Shown in pieces: positions 32,954 through 43,104 of a DNA stretch of 64,000 nt; the stretch's first letter is position 1, and every line of letters starts with the position of its first letter. The notes beneath the pieces were generated by a model. The model ran no database searches and had not been told where the DNA came from. It saw only the letters and a program-made list of their open reading frames with translations. Position numbers and translations under genes: made by a program. Source of the DNA: an uncultured Caulobacterales bacterium. GTDB lineage: Bacteria > Pseudomonadota > Alphaproteobacteria > Caulobacterales > Maricaulaceae. Location of the stretch: NCBI GenBank assembly GCA_964607445.1, contig CAZSKN010000009.1, positions 4,740-68,739 on the forward strand. Reading direction: 5' to 3'.

Positions 32954-35900
32954 ATGAGCGCACCGTTACAATTTGTGCACTTGCGCTCTCGGTCTCCATA
33001 TTCAATGCTCGAGGGTGCATTGAAAATGAAAGAGACAGCAGCGCGCGCGCGCGAATGGCGAATGCCAGCTTTGGCCTTAACCGATACGAATAACATGTGC
33101 GGCGCTCTGGAGTTTTCCGATATTATGACCAGTGCCGGTGTCCAGCCTATTATGGGGGTAACACTCTCGATAGATTTGGGCTTGGCGGATCAACCCGGTA
33201 TTATAAGGCGAGAACCTGAAGGTACTTTGGCGTTACTAGCTCAAAATGAGCAGGGTTATGGCAACCTCATGGCATTGTCGAGTTCTGCCTATCTTGATGT
33301 CGAGCCGACAGATATTCCGCATATAAAAGCCGAAAAGCTAAAATCATTGAATGCGGGTGTTATTGCTTTAACGGGTGGGCCTGATGGCGCGTTGAATAGG
33401 TTGATTTGTGACGATAGATTAGGCGACGCTGAACGTTGGTTGGATCAACTTATAATATTGTTTCCTGATAGATTATATGTGGAATTACAGCGTCACAAAA
33501 GCCCCGAGGAAATTAAGGCTGAAAAAACATTGATTGCTTGGGCTTATGAAAAGTCATTACCATTAGTAGCTACGAATGAGCCCTATTTTCTCGATCCTGA
33601 TTTGCATAAGTCTCATGATGCATTATTGGCGATATCAGAAGGCTCATATGTGCTAGAAAAGAACCGTCGGAAAGTCTCGCCGGATCATTATTTTAAATCG
33701 CCAGAACAAATGGCGGCTTTGTTTGCTGATCTTCCGGAAGCTATTGAAAACACTTTAGATATAGCTATGCGCTGTGCTTATAAATCTGAAAAACGCAAAC
33801 CCATTCTGCCGAATTTTGGGGATGGGTCGTTAAGTGAAGGTGATATTTTAGCCCAACAAGCGCGCGATGGGCTTGAGGCCCGTTTAGAAAAGATCGATAT
33901 GGCGGCGACGCGTGAAGCCTATTTTGATCGATTGGATTTCGAGTTAGACGTTATTCGGGAAATGGGCTTTCCGGGATACTTTTTGATCGTATCCGATTTT
34001 ATTAAATGGGCAAAAGAAATGGCTATTCCGGTCGGGCCGGGACGCGGGTCGGGGGCGGGGTCGGTCGTGGCCTGGTCTTTGACGATTACCGATCTTGACC
34101 CATTGCGTTATGGTTTGCTGTTTGAGCGGTTTTTAAACCCCGAACGTGTATCTATGCCAGATTTCGATATTGATTTTTGTCAGGAAAGACGCGGTGAGGT
34201 TATCCGCTATGTTCAGGAAAAATACGGAGACGATCAAGTTGCCCATATTATCACTTTCGGAACCTTGCAGGCGCGGGCCGTTGTGCGCGATGTCGGACGG
34301 GTATTACAAATGCCGTTGGGACAAGTTGACCGTCTGGCCAAATTAGTGCCTTCGAATCCTGCTAGCCCCGTGACGTTAGCGGAAGCGATTACTATGGAAA
34401 AGGGATTGCGCGAGGCTCGTGATAGTGAACCTGCCGTGCGTGAACTCCTAGATACAGCATTGAAACTCGAAGGTCTTTATCGCAATGCCTCTACCCATGC
34501 GGCGGGAGTGGTGATCGGTGATCGTCCATTGACCGAATTGATCCCGCTTTACCGGGACCCGCGGTCTGATATTCCGGCTACACAATTTACCATGAAATGG
34601 GCCGAGAAGGCGGGTCTTGTAAAATTCGATTTTCTCGGGCTGAAAACGCTTACGGTGATTGACCGCGCCTTAAAATATCTTGCGGCACAAGATATTGTTC
34701 TGGACCTCGATAATGTCAGTACGAATACACCAGAAGCGTATAAATATTTAGAAGAAGGTTTATCGGCAGGTGTGTTTCAGCTTGAAAGTTCAGGCATGCG
34801 GGACGTGCTTCGCAAAATGGCACCAGACTCTATCGAGGAATTAACTGCGCTGATCTCGCTTTATCGTCCGGGACCGATGAAAAATATCGACACCTATATT
34901 GATCGAAAATTTGGACGCATAGAGATCGCCTATCCGCATCCTATGTTGGAAGATATTTTAAAAGAAACTTACGGGATTATTATCTACCAAGAACAGGTTA
35001 TGCAGATTGCGCAAGTGTTGTCGGGATACTCACTTGGCGAGGCCGATATATTGCGCCGGGCTATGGGTAAGAAAGACCAGGCTGAAATGGACCGTCAACG
35101 CTCTCGGTTCGTTGAAGGTGCGGCGAAAAACAATGTCGAGAGTAAACTTTCCAATAGTATTTTTGACCTCGTCAATGAGTTTGCGGGCTATGGATTTAAC
35201 AAGTCCCACGCGGCAGCTTATGCTATGATATCATTTCGAACGGCCTATCTTAAAGCTGTTTATCCGACAGAATTTGTAGCCGCGACTATGAGCCTTGATA
35301 TTACCAATGTTGAAAAATTAGCCCAGTTTTATCAAGAAGCAAAGCGGATGGGAGTCGAAATTGTTCCACCGAGTGTTAATGTCTCATTTGCCGATTTCGA
35401 AGTTAAAGACGGGGCCGTGTTATATGCTTTAGGGGCTTTGAAAAATGTGGGTGTCGAGGCCATGCGACATGTTGTGGTCGAACGTGAAACGCATGGGCCG
35501 TTTCTAGATTTGTTTGATTTTGCTCGCCGTGTTGATACGCGTATTGTCAATAAACGCGCCTTTGAAAATTTGGCCCGCGGCGGTGCATTTGATTGTTTGG
35601 AACCCAATCGCGCCCGAGCACAAGCCTCGGCGTCAATATTGCAATCAATTGGTGCGCGTGCGGCTCAGGAACGGGCGTCGTCACAAGTGAGTCTGTTTGG
35701 TGATGCTGTTGAAAATATGGTCGAGCCTGACCTGCCGACACCTGTGCCTTGGGAAAAAATCGAACAACTTGACCACGAATTGACCGCTATCGGGTTTTAT
35801 TTGGGCGGGCACCCATTGGAAGGATTTGCACAGGTTTTAAAGCGTAAAAAAGTGGTGTTATCCTCTGATATTGATATGAAATATAAAGCAGGAATGCGGG

Positions 35901-36403
35901 CTATGCGGTTTGCCGGGGTCGTGCGGAAACGCCAAGAACGCATGTCCAAACGCGGTAAACGCTTTGCCTATTTATCTTTGTCTGATTCTGCCGGAGATTT
36001 TGAAGTCTTTGTCGGTGAAGACTTATTAACGTCCAGTCGATCGATATTGGAAGCCGGATCAATTGTAGAAGTGACCGCGAAAGTGGATGAACGGGACGGC
36101 GAAATGAAGATTTTTTCCAACACGATAGCCGCTTTGGAAATGAGTACGGCAGCACGAGTGGCAGGGCTTAAAATTCGCCTTAGGTCAGCATCTATTGAAA
36201 ATCTCGATGCTTTACAGAAATGCCTTGAAACCCTTAAAACGGCACCGGCAAAATCTATGGGATATATCGAAATTATTGCCCCTTTAGGCGAACACCGGGA
36301 AGGACATTGGCGGTTGCCGGGTAAAATCGGTGTGGACGGGGCTGTGCAGGCCGCAATTAAAGCCACAAAATTGGTCGAAACGATTGAAGAAATCGCCGCT
36401 TAA
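32954..36403 (+). CDS. dnaE: DNA polymerase III subunit alpha
   Basis: 1149 aa with an N-terminal PHP domain (FVHLRSRSPYSMLEGA), a polymerase core and an OB fold. Confidence 0.97.
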   Translation: MSAPLQFVHLRSRSPYSMLEGALKMKETAARAREWRMPALALTDTNNMCGALEFSDIMTSAGVQPIMGVTLSIDLGLADQPGIIRREPEGTLALLAQNEQGYGNLMALSSSAYLDVEPTDIPHIKAEKLKSLNAGVIALTGGPDGALNRLICDDRLGDAERWLDQLIILFPDRLYVELQRHKSPEEIKAEKTLIAWAYEKSLPLVATNEPYFLDPDLHKSHDALLAISEGSYVLEKNRRKVSPDHYFKSPEQMAALFADLPEAIENTLDIAMRCAYKSEKRKPILPNFGDGSLSEGDILAQQARDGLEARLEKIDMAATREAYFDRLDFELDVIREMGFPGYFLIVSDFIKWAKEMAIPVGPGRGSGAGSVVAWSLTITDLDPLRYGLLFERFLNPERVSMPDFDIDFCQERRGEVIRYVQEKYGDDQVAHIITFGTLQARAVVRDVGRVLQMPLGQVDRLAKLVPSNPASPVTLAEAITMEKGLREARDSEPAVRELLDTALKLEGLYRNASTHAAGVVIGDRPLTELIPLYRDPRSDIPATQFTMKWAEKAGLVKFDFLGLKTLTVIDRALKYLAAQDIVLDLDNVSTNTPEAYKYLEEGLSAGVFQLESSGMRDVLRKMAPDSIEELTALISLYRPGPMKNIDTYIDRKFGRIEIAYPHPMLEDILKETYGIIIYQEQVMQIAQVLSGYSLGEADILRRAMGKKDQAEMDRQRSRFVEGAAKNNVESKLSNSIFDLVNEFAGYGFNKSHAAAYAMISFRTAYLKAVYPTEFVAATMSLDITNVEKLAQFYQEAKRMGVEIVPPSVNVSFADFEVKDGAVLYALGALKNVGVEAMRHVVVERETHGPFLDLFDFARRVDTRIVNKRAFENLARGGAFDCLEPNRARAQASASILQSIGARAAQERASSQVSLFGDAVENMVEPDLPTPVPWEKIEQLDHELTAIGFYLGGHPLEGFAQVLKRKKVVLSSDIDMKYKAGMRAMRFAGVVRKRQERMSKRGKRFAYLSLSDSAGDFEVFVGEDLLTSSRSILEAGSIVEVTAKVDERDGEMKIFSNTIAALEMSTAARVAGLKIRLRSASIENLDALQKCLETLKTAPAKSMGYIEIIAPLGEHREGHWRLPGKIGVDGAVQAAIKATKLVETIEEIAA

Positions 36404-36610
36404 GCTGACCGTGTTAAAAAAATCCAGCATATAGGCTGTGAGGCCCGTGGGCCCCTTTGAGATAAAGCTTGCATAATGTGATAACTCTGTTAAAGGGCGA
36501 GGCTTAAATCGCACGCGGGTGCCGGTTTTGACCATATAGGTCTTAATCGATTCCGGTGGAACTTTTGTTTCTACACCCCGCGTCAGGCCAACCGGAAAGA
36601 GGAGATATCC

Positions 36611-37786
36611 ATGGCTTTACCTGAATTTTCAATGCGTCAATTACTTGAGGCGGGTGTGCATTTCGGACATCAAACGCATCGTTGGAACCCGAAAATGGCA
36701 CCGTACATATTTGGTGCTCGTTCAAATATTCATATTTTAGATTTATCCCAAACTGTTCCGCTTTTGCATCAAGCCTTGGTTCAGGTACGCGAAACGGCAT
36801 CAAAAGGCGGGCGTATTCTCTTTGTAGGCACGAAGCGTGCAGCCTCTGATCCGGTTTCGACAGCGGCGAAACGATGTGCGCAATATTATGTCAATCACCG
36901 TTGGTTAGGGGGAATGTTGACCAATTGGAGCACAATCTCCAAATCTATTGGTCGGTTACGTGAACTCGAAGGTATTCTAGGCGAAGAAGGTCAAAATTCT
37001 TCAGGTCTCACTAAAAAAGAACTCTTGAAAATGACGCGCGAGATGGAAAAGCTTGATAAAGCTTTGGGCGGTATTAAGGATATGGGGGGTAAGCCCGATC
37101 TTATGTTCGTGATTGATACCAATAAGGAAGCTATAGCGATTAAAGAAGCGCGCCGTCTGGACATTCCGGTTATTTCAATTCTGGATTCAAATTGTGATCC
37201 CGAGCACGCTGATTTCCCAATTCCGGGGAATGACGACGCGGCACGGGCTATCAGCTTATATTGTGATTTGATCGCTGATGCCGTTTTGGATGGTATGACA
37301 GAGTCACAAGTGAATATGGGTGTAGATATTGGTGCTGCGGCCAATCCCGTAGAAATGGCTATTGCTGCACCTGAGGTGACGCCGACGGCAACAGCTGTTG
37401 CTGAAGCGCCTATTGAAGCCGCTGTAGCGGCGCCCGAAGTTGAAGCGCCAGCCGTCACGGATCCGGCCGAAGATATGTCTGAATATCTACGTGTCACGCG
37501 TGAATATGATGCCGCAGCTGATGAAGCCGTTGTGACCAAGATCGAAAAACATCTCGGAGCGTCATTGAAGAGTCGCGATGCAAAATACGTCGCGTGCTCA
37601 GACGAAACCGAACTTGAAACCATTGTAAATGGATTTATGAAAAAGACGCTCGGTATAGACGACAAAGAAGCCGCGATGGAAAAGGTGAAGGCTGTGTGTA
37701 CAACCATGAAGCCAACACGGATGAAGAACCGCGTAACGTTTTATTACTTGCTTGCTAAAAACGAAGGTAAATTGGGCGAATTTTAA
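36611..37786 (+). CDS. rpsB: 30S ribosomal protein S2 fused in frame to an Ala/Pro/Glu linker and a DUF2853-like C-terminal domain
   Basis: The first ~235 aa are canonical S2 ([19 protein letters not shown]). The ORF continues to 391 aa, with GGAGATATCC upstream of the ATG. Confidence 0.93.
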   Translation: MALPEFSMRQLLEAGVHFGHQTHRWNPKMAPYIFGARSNIHILDLSQTVPLLHQALVQVRETASKGGRILFVGTKRAASDPVSTAAKRCAQYYVNHRWLGGMLTNWSTISKSIGRLRELEGILGEEGQNSSGLTKKELLKMTREMEKLDKALGGIKDMGGKPDLMFVIDTNKEAIAIKEARRLDIPVISILDSNCDPEHADFPIPGNDDAARAISLYCDLIADAVLDGMTESQVNMGVDIGAAANPVEMAIAAPEVTPTATAVAEAPIEAAVAAPEVEAPAVTDPAEDMSEYLRVTREYDAAADEAVVTKIEKHLGASLKSRDAKYVACSDETELETIVNGFMKKTLGIDDKEAAMEKVKAVCTTMKPTRMKNRVTFYYLLAKNEGKLGEF

Positions 37787-37869
37787 TCGCATTACCTTCA
37801 TTTGATTTTGTCTGACCTCTCCTCGGGGCGGCGGACATGGTTTAATTTACTCACTCAAAGGAGATAACT

Positions 37870-38793
37870 ATGGCTCAGATAACAGCCGCTCTCGTGAAAG
37901 AACTGCGTGATAAAACATCCGCAGGTATGATGGATTGTAAAAAAGCGCTATCTGAAAATGATGGTGATCTTGAAGCGGCTATTGATTGGTTGCGTAAAAA
38001 AGGTATCGCGAAAGCTGACAAAAAAGCCGGGCGTATTGCAGCCGAAGGTTTGGTCGCAGTTGCATTAGCTGACAAAGTCGGGGCTTTGGTTGAAGTTAAT
38101 TCTGAAACTGATTTTGTCGCGCGCAATGACGGATTTCAGGCGGCTGTGGCCGAAGTTTCCCAGCTTGCGCTGACTGTCGACAGTTCAGAAGCTTTAGCCG
38201 CAGCAAAAACAGCAAGCGGTGAAAATGTAACGGACTACCTAACAAAACTTGTCGGCACTATCGGTGAGAACATGAGCTTTCGTCGCATGACGAAGTTGAC
38301 GGTCTCTGAGGGTGTGGTTGCTGGATATATGCATAATTCTGTGACTGAGGGCATGGGTAAGATCGGCGTGCTTGTCGCGCTAGAATCATCAGGTGATAAG
38401 ACCGCCTTGCAAAACCTTGCTAAGAAAATTGCTATGCATGTGGCGGCGACAAGCCCATTGGCGCTTGGCGTTGATGACCTTGATCCTGCTGTGGTGGAAA
38501 TGGAACGTAAAGCTTTATCTGATGAAGCGCGTGAGTCTGGAAAACCCGAAGCTATTATTGAAAAAATGGTTGAGGGTCGCATGACGAAATTCTTCAATGA
38601 ATCTGTTTTGATGTCACAGATTTTTGTTATGGACGGCGAGCGCAGTATCGAACAGCTTATTGCTGCCGAAGGAAAAGCGCTCGGGGCTGAGATTAAACTT
38701 TCCGCATATTCGCGCATGGAACTGGGCGAAGGTATCGAGAAAAAAGAAGAAGATTTTGCCTCAGAAGTCGCCAAAACGGTTGCTGGCAGCTAG
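37870..38793 (+). CDS. tsf: Elongation factor Ts
   Basis: 307 aa with a UBA-like N-terminus ITAALVKELRDKTSAGMMDCKKAL. Confidence 0.97.
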   Translation: MAQITAALVKELRDKTSAGMMDCKKALSENDGDLEAAIDWLRKKGIAKADKKAGRIAAEGLVAVALADKVGALVEVNSETDFVARNDGFQAAVAEVSQLALTVDSSEALAAAKTASGENVTDYLTKLVGTIGENMSFRRMTKLTVSEGVVAGYMHNSVTEGMGKIGVLVALESSGDKTALQNLAKKIAMHVAATSPLALGVDDLDPAVVEMERKALSDEARESGKPEAIIEKMVEGRMTKFFNESVLMSQIFVMDGERSIEQLIAAEGKALGAEIKLSAYSRMELGEGIEKKEEDFASEVAKTVAGS

Positions 38794-38830
38794 CTAGCCA
38801 AATTTAGTGGACAAAAGTCCATGTAATTAC

Positions 38831-38860
38831 AGCGGCGTGTCATATTTTTGACGCGCTGCT
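38831..38860 (+). terminator. Possible stem-loop after tsf: 12-bp stem including two G-U pairs and a 6-nt loop
   Basis: AGCGGCGTGTCA-tatttt-TGACGCGCTGCT lies 38 nt after the tsf stop. There is no clear U-tract, so terminator function is uncertain. Confidence 0.3.
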
Positions 38861-38930
38861 CCGTTAAATATTGTACCCCCGTATAGGCAATTCGAGGCGA
38901 GTCGTTTATAGCGACGAGAAGGGGAACGTT

Positions 38931-39650
38931 ATGACAATAAACTACCAATATAAACGTGTGCTTCTAAAGCTGTCTGGCGAAGCCCTGATGGGCAATCAGT
39001 CTTATGGGATTGATGTCGAGTTTACTGACCGTATAGCTAAAGAAATTTCAGGCGCTCATGAAAAAGGCCTACAAATCGGGCTAGTTATTGGTGGCGGAAA
39101 TATATTCCGTGGGTTGTCGGCGTCCGCAGCTGGTATTGAGCGCTCGACAGCAGACCATATGGGCATGTTGGCCACAGTTATGAATGCATTGGCCATGCAA
39201 AGCGCCCTAGAGCGTCAAGGTGTAGATACGCGGGTCATGTCTGCTATTCCTATGACGACTGTATGCGAACCTTATATCCGTCGCCGCGCTGTACGCCATA
39301 TGGAAAAAGGACGCGTGGTTATCTTTGCCGCCGGGTCAGGAAATCCTTATTTTACAACAGATACGGCTGCGGCTTTACGTGCGGCTGAAATGGAATGCGA
39401 AGCCTTGCTAAAAGGTACACAGGTCGACGGGGTTTATGACTCAGACCCCAAATCAAATCCGACTGCAAAACGTTATGATACGCTCAGCTACCAGAAAGTG
39501 CTTACAGACAACCTGAAAGTGATGGATGCGTCCGCAATTTCATTAATGCGTGAAAATAATATTCCCATAATTGTGTTTTCATTGCATACAGAGGGCGGCT
39601 TTCATGCGGTTATGCAAGGAAAAGGCGTGTGTACCACAATTCGGTCTTAA
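38931..39650 (+). CDS. pyrH: UMP kinase
   Basis: [13 protein letters not shown] and GGGNIFRG motifs. ATG 38931 is preceded by GAAGGGGA and is preferred over 38871. Confidence 0.95.
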   Translation: MTINYQYKRVLLKLSGEALMGNQSYGIDVEFTDRIAKEISGAHEKGLQIGLVIGGGNIFRGLSASAAGIERSTADHMGMLATVMNALAMQSALERQGVDTRVMSAIPMTTVCEPYIRRRAVRHMEKGRVVIFAAGSGNPYFTTDTAAALRAAEMECEALLKGTQVDGVYDSDPKSNPTAKRYDTLSYQKVLTDNLKVMDASAISLMRENNIPIIVFSLHTEGGFHAVMQGKGVCTTIRS

Positions 39651-39692
39651 AGTGACCATGCTGGATATATATCCGGCTTGAAAGGAGAAACT

Positions 39693-40256
39693 ATGTCAAA
39701 CGACGGTTTTAATTTGAAAGATTTCAGAAAACGTATGGACGGCGCCGTTTCATCATTGAAATCAGAGTTTGCAGGACTGCGTACGGGGCGTGCCAATGCG
39801 GCCTTATTGGACGGTATTACGGTTGAAGCTTATGGGGCGCAAACGCCGCTTAATCAGGTGGGCTCCGTATCTGTGCCGGAACCGCGTATGCTGACGGTTA
39901 GCATTTGGGATAAAAGCCAAGTCGGGGCTGTTGAAAGAGCATTGCGTCAATCCAGTTTAGGGTTGAACCCTGTTGTTGATGGTACGACGCTACGCATTCC
40001 TATGCCGCCTTTAACCGAAGAGCGCCGCAAGGAATTAGTTAAGATCGCAGGTGGATATTCCGAGACGGCTAAAGTCGCCGTAAGGAATGTACGTCGTGAT
40101 GCGATGGATCTGCTTAAGCGTCTCGAAAAAGACGGCGATATGAGCGAAGATGAACAAAAAGCACATTCAAGCGATGTTCAAAGTGCTACGGATAGTGTTG
40201 TGGCCGAAATTGATGATGTACTGAAACAAAAGTCTGAAGAAATCATGCAGGTTTAA
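39693..40256 (+). CDS. frr: Ribosome recycling factor
   Basis: 187 aa with [15 protein letters not shown] and [14 protein letters not shown] 39693 lies after AAAGGAG. Confidence 0.96.
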   Translation: MSNDGFNLKDFRKRMDGAVSSLKSEFAGLRTGRANAALLDGITVEAYGAQTPLNQVGSVSVPEPRMLTVSIWDKSQVGAVERALRQSSLGLNPVVDGTTLRIPMPPLTEERRKELVKIAGGYSETAKVAVRNVRRDAMDLLKRLEKDGDMSEDEQKAHSSDVQSATDSVVAEIDDVLKQKSEEIMQV

Positions 40257-40261
40257 AACGT

Positions 40262-40990
40262 TTGAAACCGAACAGAACATATGATGGAAAATTTCCGGCC
40301 CATATCGCTATAATAATGGACGGGAACGGACGGTGGGCGCAAGCTCGCCATCGACCGCGTGTGTTCGGTCATCAAGCGGGTGTCAAAACGGTTCGGCGTA
40401 TTGTTGAACAGGCGTCTGAAATTGGTGTGAAATGTTTAACGCTATATAGTTTTTCAACGGAAAACTGGACGCGTCCAAAAGCCGAGATTGCGGCTTTATT
40501 TGAACTCTTGCGAAAATATGTTGAAGATGATCTTCAGACATTACATGCGCGGGGTGTGCGGGTACGAATATTAGGTGCGCGTACAGGACTAACGCCGGAT
40601 TTGTGTGAAATATTGGATAGGGTTGAAGCCCGGACGCAAGATAATACGTTGTTTAATCTCAATATTGCATTTAACTATGGGGGGCGCGATGAAATATTGC
40701 GGGCCATTCGTAAAGCTCACGCTGCGGGTGAGGACATGCAGAGTTTGGACGATAAGGATATTGATAAATATTTGGATACATTTGGTTTGCCCGAGGTGGA
40801 TTTAGTCATCCGCACCAGTGGTGAAAAACGGATCAGTAATTTCTTGTTATGGCAAGCCGCTTATGCTGAATTTGTATTCACAGACGTTCTTTGGCCCGAT
40901 TTCACGAAATCTGATTTAGAAACAGCCATTAATATATTTCAAACCCGGGAACGCCGCTTTGGCAATCTGGGTGTTGTCGAAGTAGCCTAG
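40262..40990 (+). CDS. uppS: Ditrans,polycis-undecaprenyl-diphosphate synthase
   Basis: HIAIIMDGNGRWA and RISNFLLWQ motifs, with a TTG start. Confidence 0.93.
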   Translation: MKPNRTYDGKFPAHIAIIMDGNGRWAQARHRPRVFGHQAGVKTVRRIVEQASEIGVKCLTLYSFSTENWTRPKAEIAALFELLRKYVEDDLQTLHARGVRVRILGARTGLTPDLCEILDRVEARTQDNTLFNLNIAFNYGGRDEILRAIRKAHAAGEDMQSLDDKDIDKYLDTFGLPEVDLVIRTSGEKRISNFLLWQAAYAEFVFTDVLWPDFTKSDLETAINIFQTRERRFGNLGVVEVA

Positions 40991-40995
40991 ATTTC

Positions 40996-41871
40996 GTGGG
41001 CCCGCCATCTCATTCACATCAGTCTGAACCTCGCCCTTCAGATCCGGAGAGCGGAAAACCCATTATCTGGAAAAACCTAGGCATAAGAGCCGTTTCGGCC
41101 GTTATCTTTGCGGTTATTTGTTTCATACCGTTATATTTTGGCGGTATATTATGGGCCGGTTTTGCCGCCCTCATTGGGGCACGTCTGTACTGGGAATGGG
41201 TCAATATGTCTGACCCTGAAGCCAGATGGCCTGCTGTGTTTATTCCAGTGGTGGGATTAGCCGCTGCGATTTATTTTTTATATATCCAAGATTATAACCG
41301 CATGGCTATTATCGTCGGTCTGAGTGCCATATGTGCAATGGTATATAGCTTAAAGCGTGGCCGTATTTTGTGGACGGTTTTAGGTGTGTTTTACATTGCG
41401 ATTCCAAGCTTAATGATGGTGTGGTTGCGCGGCGTTCAACCCGGTTTTGCGTCTCAAGGCTTTCAGTCTTTAATGTTTATTATTCTGGTAGTTGCGGCGT
41501 CAGATACAGCGGCTTATTTTGGAGGTTCTTTTTTCAAAGGGCCAAAAATTATGCCCAAACTTAGCCCGAATAAAACATGGTCGGGATTTGTGTCTGGTTT
41601 TATATTTGCACTGTTCATTGCCTTTATTTTCGCAATTTTACTGGCGTGGCCTCGCCCGGTTATATTGGCGTGGGGCGCATTCATTGTAATTATATCCGTA
41701 GTGGGTGATTTTTTTGAAAGTGGGCTTAAACGCCGATTGAATGTTAAAGATGCTGGAGAACTATTGCCGGGGCACGGCGGAATGCTGGACCGGTTGGACG
41801 CCTTGATGATGGCCAGCGCTATTGTCGGCTTGGTCTTAATTTATAATCCAAATCTTTGGTTCGGGGTATGA
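40996..41871 (+). CDS. cdsA: Phosphatidate cytidylyltransferase
   Basis: 291 aa polytopic protein with SDTAAYFGG and SPNKTWSG motifs, and a GTG start. Confidence 0.92.
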   Translation: MGPPSHSHQSEPRPSDPESGKPIIWKNLGIRAVSAVIFAVICFIPLYFGGILWAGFAALIGARLYWEWVNMSDPEARWPAVFIPVVGLAAAIYFLYIQDYNRMAIIVGLSAICAMVYSLKRGRILWTVLGVFYIAIPSLMMVWLRGVQPGFASQGFQSLMFIILVVAASDTAAYFGGSFFKGPKIMPKLSPNKTWSGFVSGFIFALFIAFIFAILLAWPRPVILAWGAFIVIISVVGDFFESGLKRRLNVKDAGELLPGHGGMLDRLDALMMASAIVGLVLIYNPNLWFGV

Positions 41872-41884
41872 GTAACCGGAATTT

Positions 41885-43066
41885 ATGACACGAACAATTT
41901 CTATACTCGGCTCAACAGGGTCTATCGGTGAAAGTGGAACGGATCTTATTCGGCGTGCAGACCCCGGGGCATGGCAAGTTGTAGCCCTCACGGCAAATCG
42001 AAATGCAGAAAAACTTGCCGCTCAAGCTATAGAGTTCGGCGCGCAATATGTGGCACTCGCGGATGAAACGGCCAGTGCGCCTCTCAAAACATTATTAGAC
42101 GGAACCGGTATTGCGTATGGGCTCGGGCCGGAGGCTGTGATCGAAGCTGGACGTCGGGGGGCTGACTTTACCTTGTCGTCAATAATGGGTGCAGCGGGGC
42201 TAGAGCCGACTTTGGCGGCTGTGGAGCGCGGTCAACATGTGGGTTTGGCAAATAAAGAATGTCTTGTGTGTGCCGGTGATGTTTTCATGTCACATGTGCA
42301 AAAGAGTGGAGCGACTTTATTGCCCGTTGATAGCGAACATAATGCCATTTTTCAGGTTCTGGAACAAGATAGGCCGGAGGGTGTACGGCGCTTGATCTTA
42401 ACGGCAAGCGGGGGGCCGTTTCGAGGCGCGACCCAGTCCGAACTTGACGCCGTGACACGTTCTGATGCTTTAGCGCATCCAGTATGGGATATGGGCGCCA
42501 AAATTTCTATTGATTCTGCAACCTTGATGAATAAGGGGCTGGAACTTATCGAGGCCAGCTATCTATTTGCTCGCCCATCACGGGACATTGATGTTATTGT
42601 TCACCCGCAATCTATTGTGCATTCTATGGTCGAATATATTGATGGGTCTATCTTGGCACAATTAGGGTCTCCGGATATGCGTACACCGATTGCTTATGCA
42701 ATGGGGTGGCCTGACCGTATGGAAGCCCCGGTTCGACGACTGGATTTGGCAACAATGTCTCAATTATCTTTTTTCGAACCGGATTTAGAATGCTTCCCTG
42801 CATTGCGTTTGGCGCGGGAAGCCTTGGAGGCAGGCGGGAAGGCTCCCAATGTTCTAAATGCAGCTAATGAAATGGCCGTGGCTGCGTTTTTGTCCGATCA
42901 AATAGGTTTTACATCTATCGCGCGTGTTGTCGAAAACGTATTAGATATCCATAGCGCTGAAAGCGATTTTCTAATGTCAGCTAAATCTGTGGAAGAGGTG
43001 ATCGAAACCGATAGCCAAGCCCGCCGTAACGCCAAGGCTGTTTTACCGCAGTTTAGTCGTAAATAA
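41885..43066 (+). CDS. dxr: 1-deoxy-D-xylulose 5-phosphate reductoisomerase
   Basis: 393 aa with ILGSTGSIG, LPVDSEHNAIFQ and NKGLE motifs. Confidence 0.96.
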   Translation: MTRTISILGSTGSIGESGTDLIRRADPGAWQVVALTANRNAEKLAAQAIEFGAQYVALADETASAPLKTLLDGTGIAYGLGPEAVIEAGRRGADFTLSSIMGAAGLEPTLAAVERGQHVGLANKECLVCAGDVFMSHVQKSGATLLPVDSEHNAIFQVLEQDRPEGVRRLILTASGGPFRGATQSELDAVTRSDALAHPVWDMGAKISIDSATLMNKGLELIEASYLFARPSRDIDVIVHPQSIVHSMVEYIDGSILAQLGSPDMRTPIAYAMGWPDRMEAPVRRLDLATMSQLSFFEPDLECFPALRLAREALEAGGKAPNVLNAANEMAVAAFLSDQIGFTSIARVVENVLDIHSAESDFLMSAKSVEEVIETDSQARRNAKAVLPQFSRK

Positions 43067-43104
43067 GACTATTTAAATTTCTTATAAACCTGCTAGATAG
43101 GCCT

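Noticed and set aside
36404-36610. dnaE terminator or rpsB autoregulatory leader in the 207-bp spacer, including a GGCC-CGTG-GGCC hairpin near 36449-36460.
   Set aside because: The stem is only 4-5 bp with a tiny loop and no U-tract. I cannot recognise a conserved S2-binding leader for alphaproteobacteria from sequence alone.
36991-37707. 238-aa ORF antisense to the 3' half of rpsB.
   Set aside because: It has an Ala/Ser/Thr-rich low-complexity translation, typical of the reverse frame of an Ala/Glu-rich GC-skewed coding region. It has no start context and overlaps a confidently called gene.
38235-38774. 179-aa ORF antisense to tsf.
   Set aside because: It is a Ser/Ala-rich shadow ORF opposite a highly conserved gene, with no recognisable motif.
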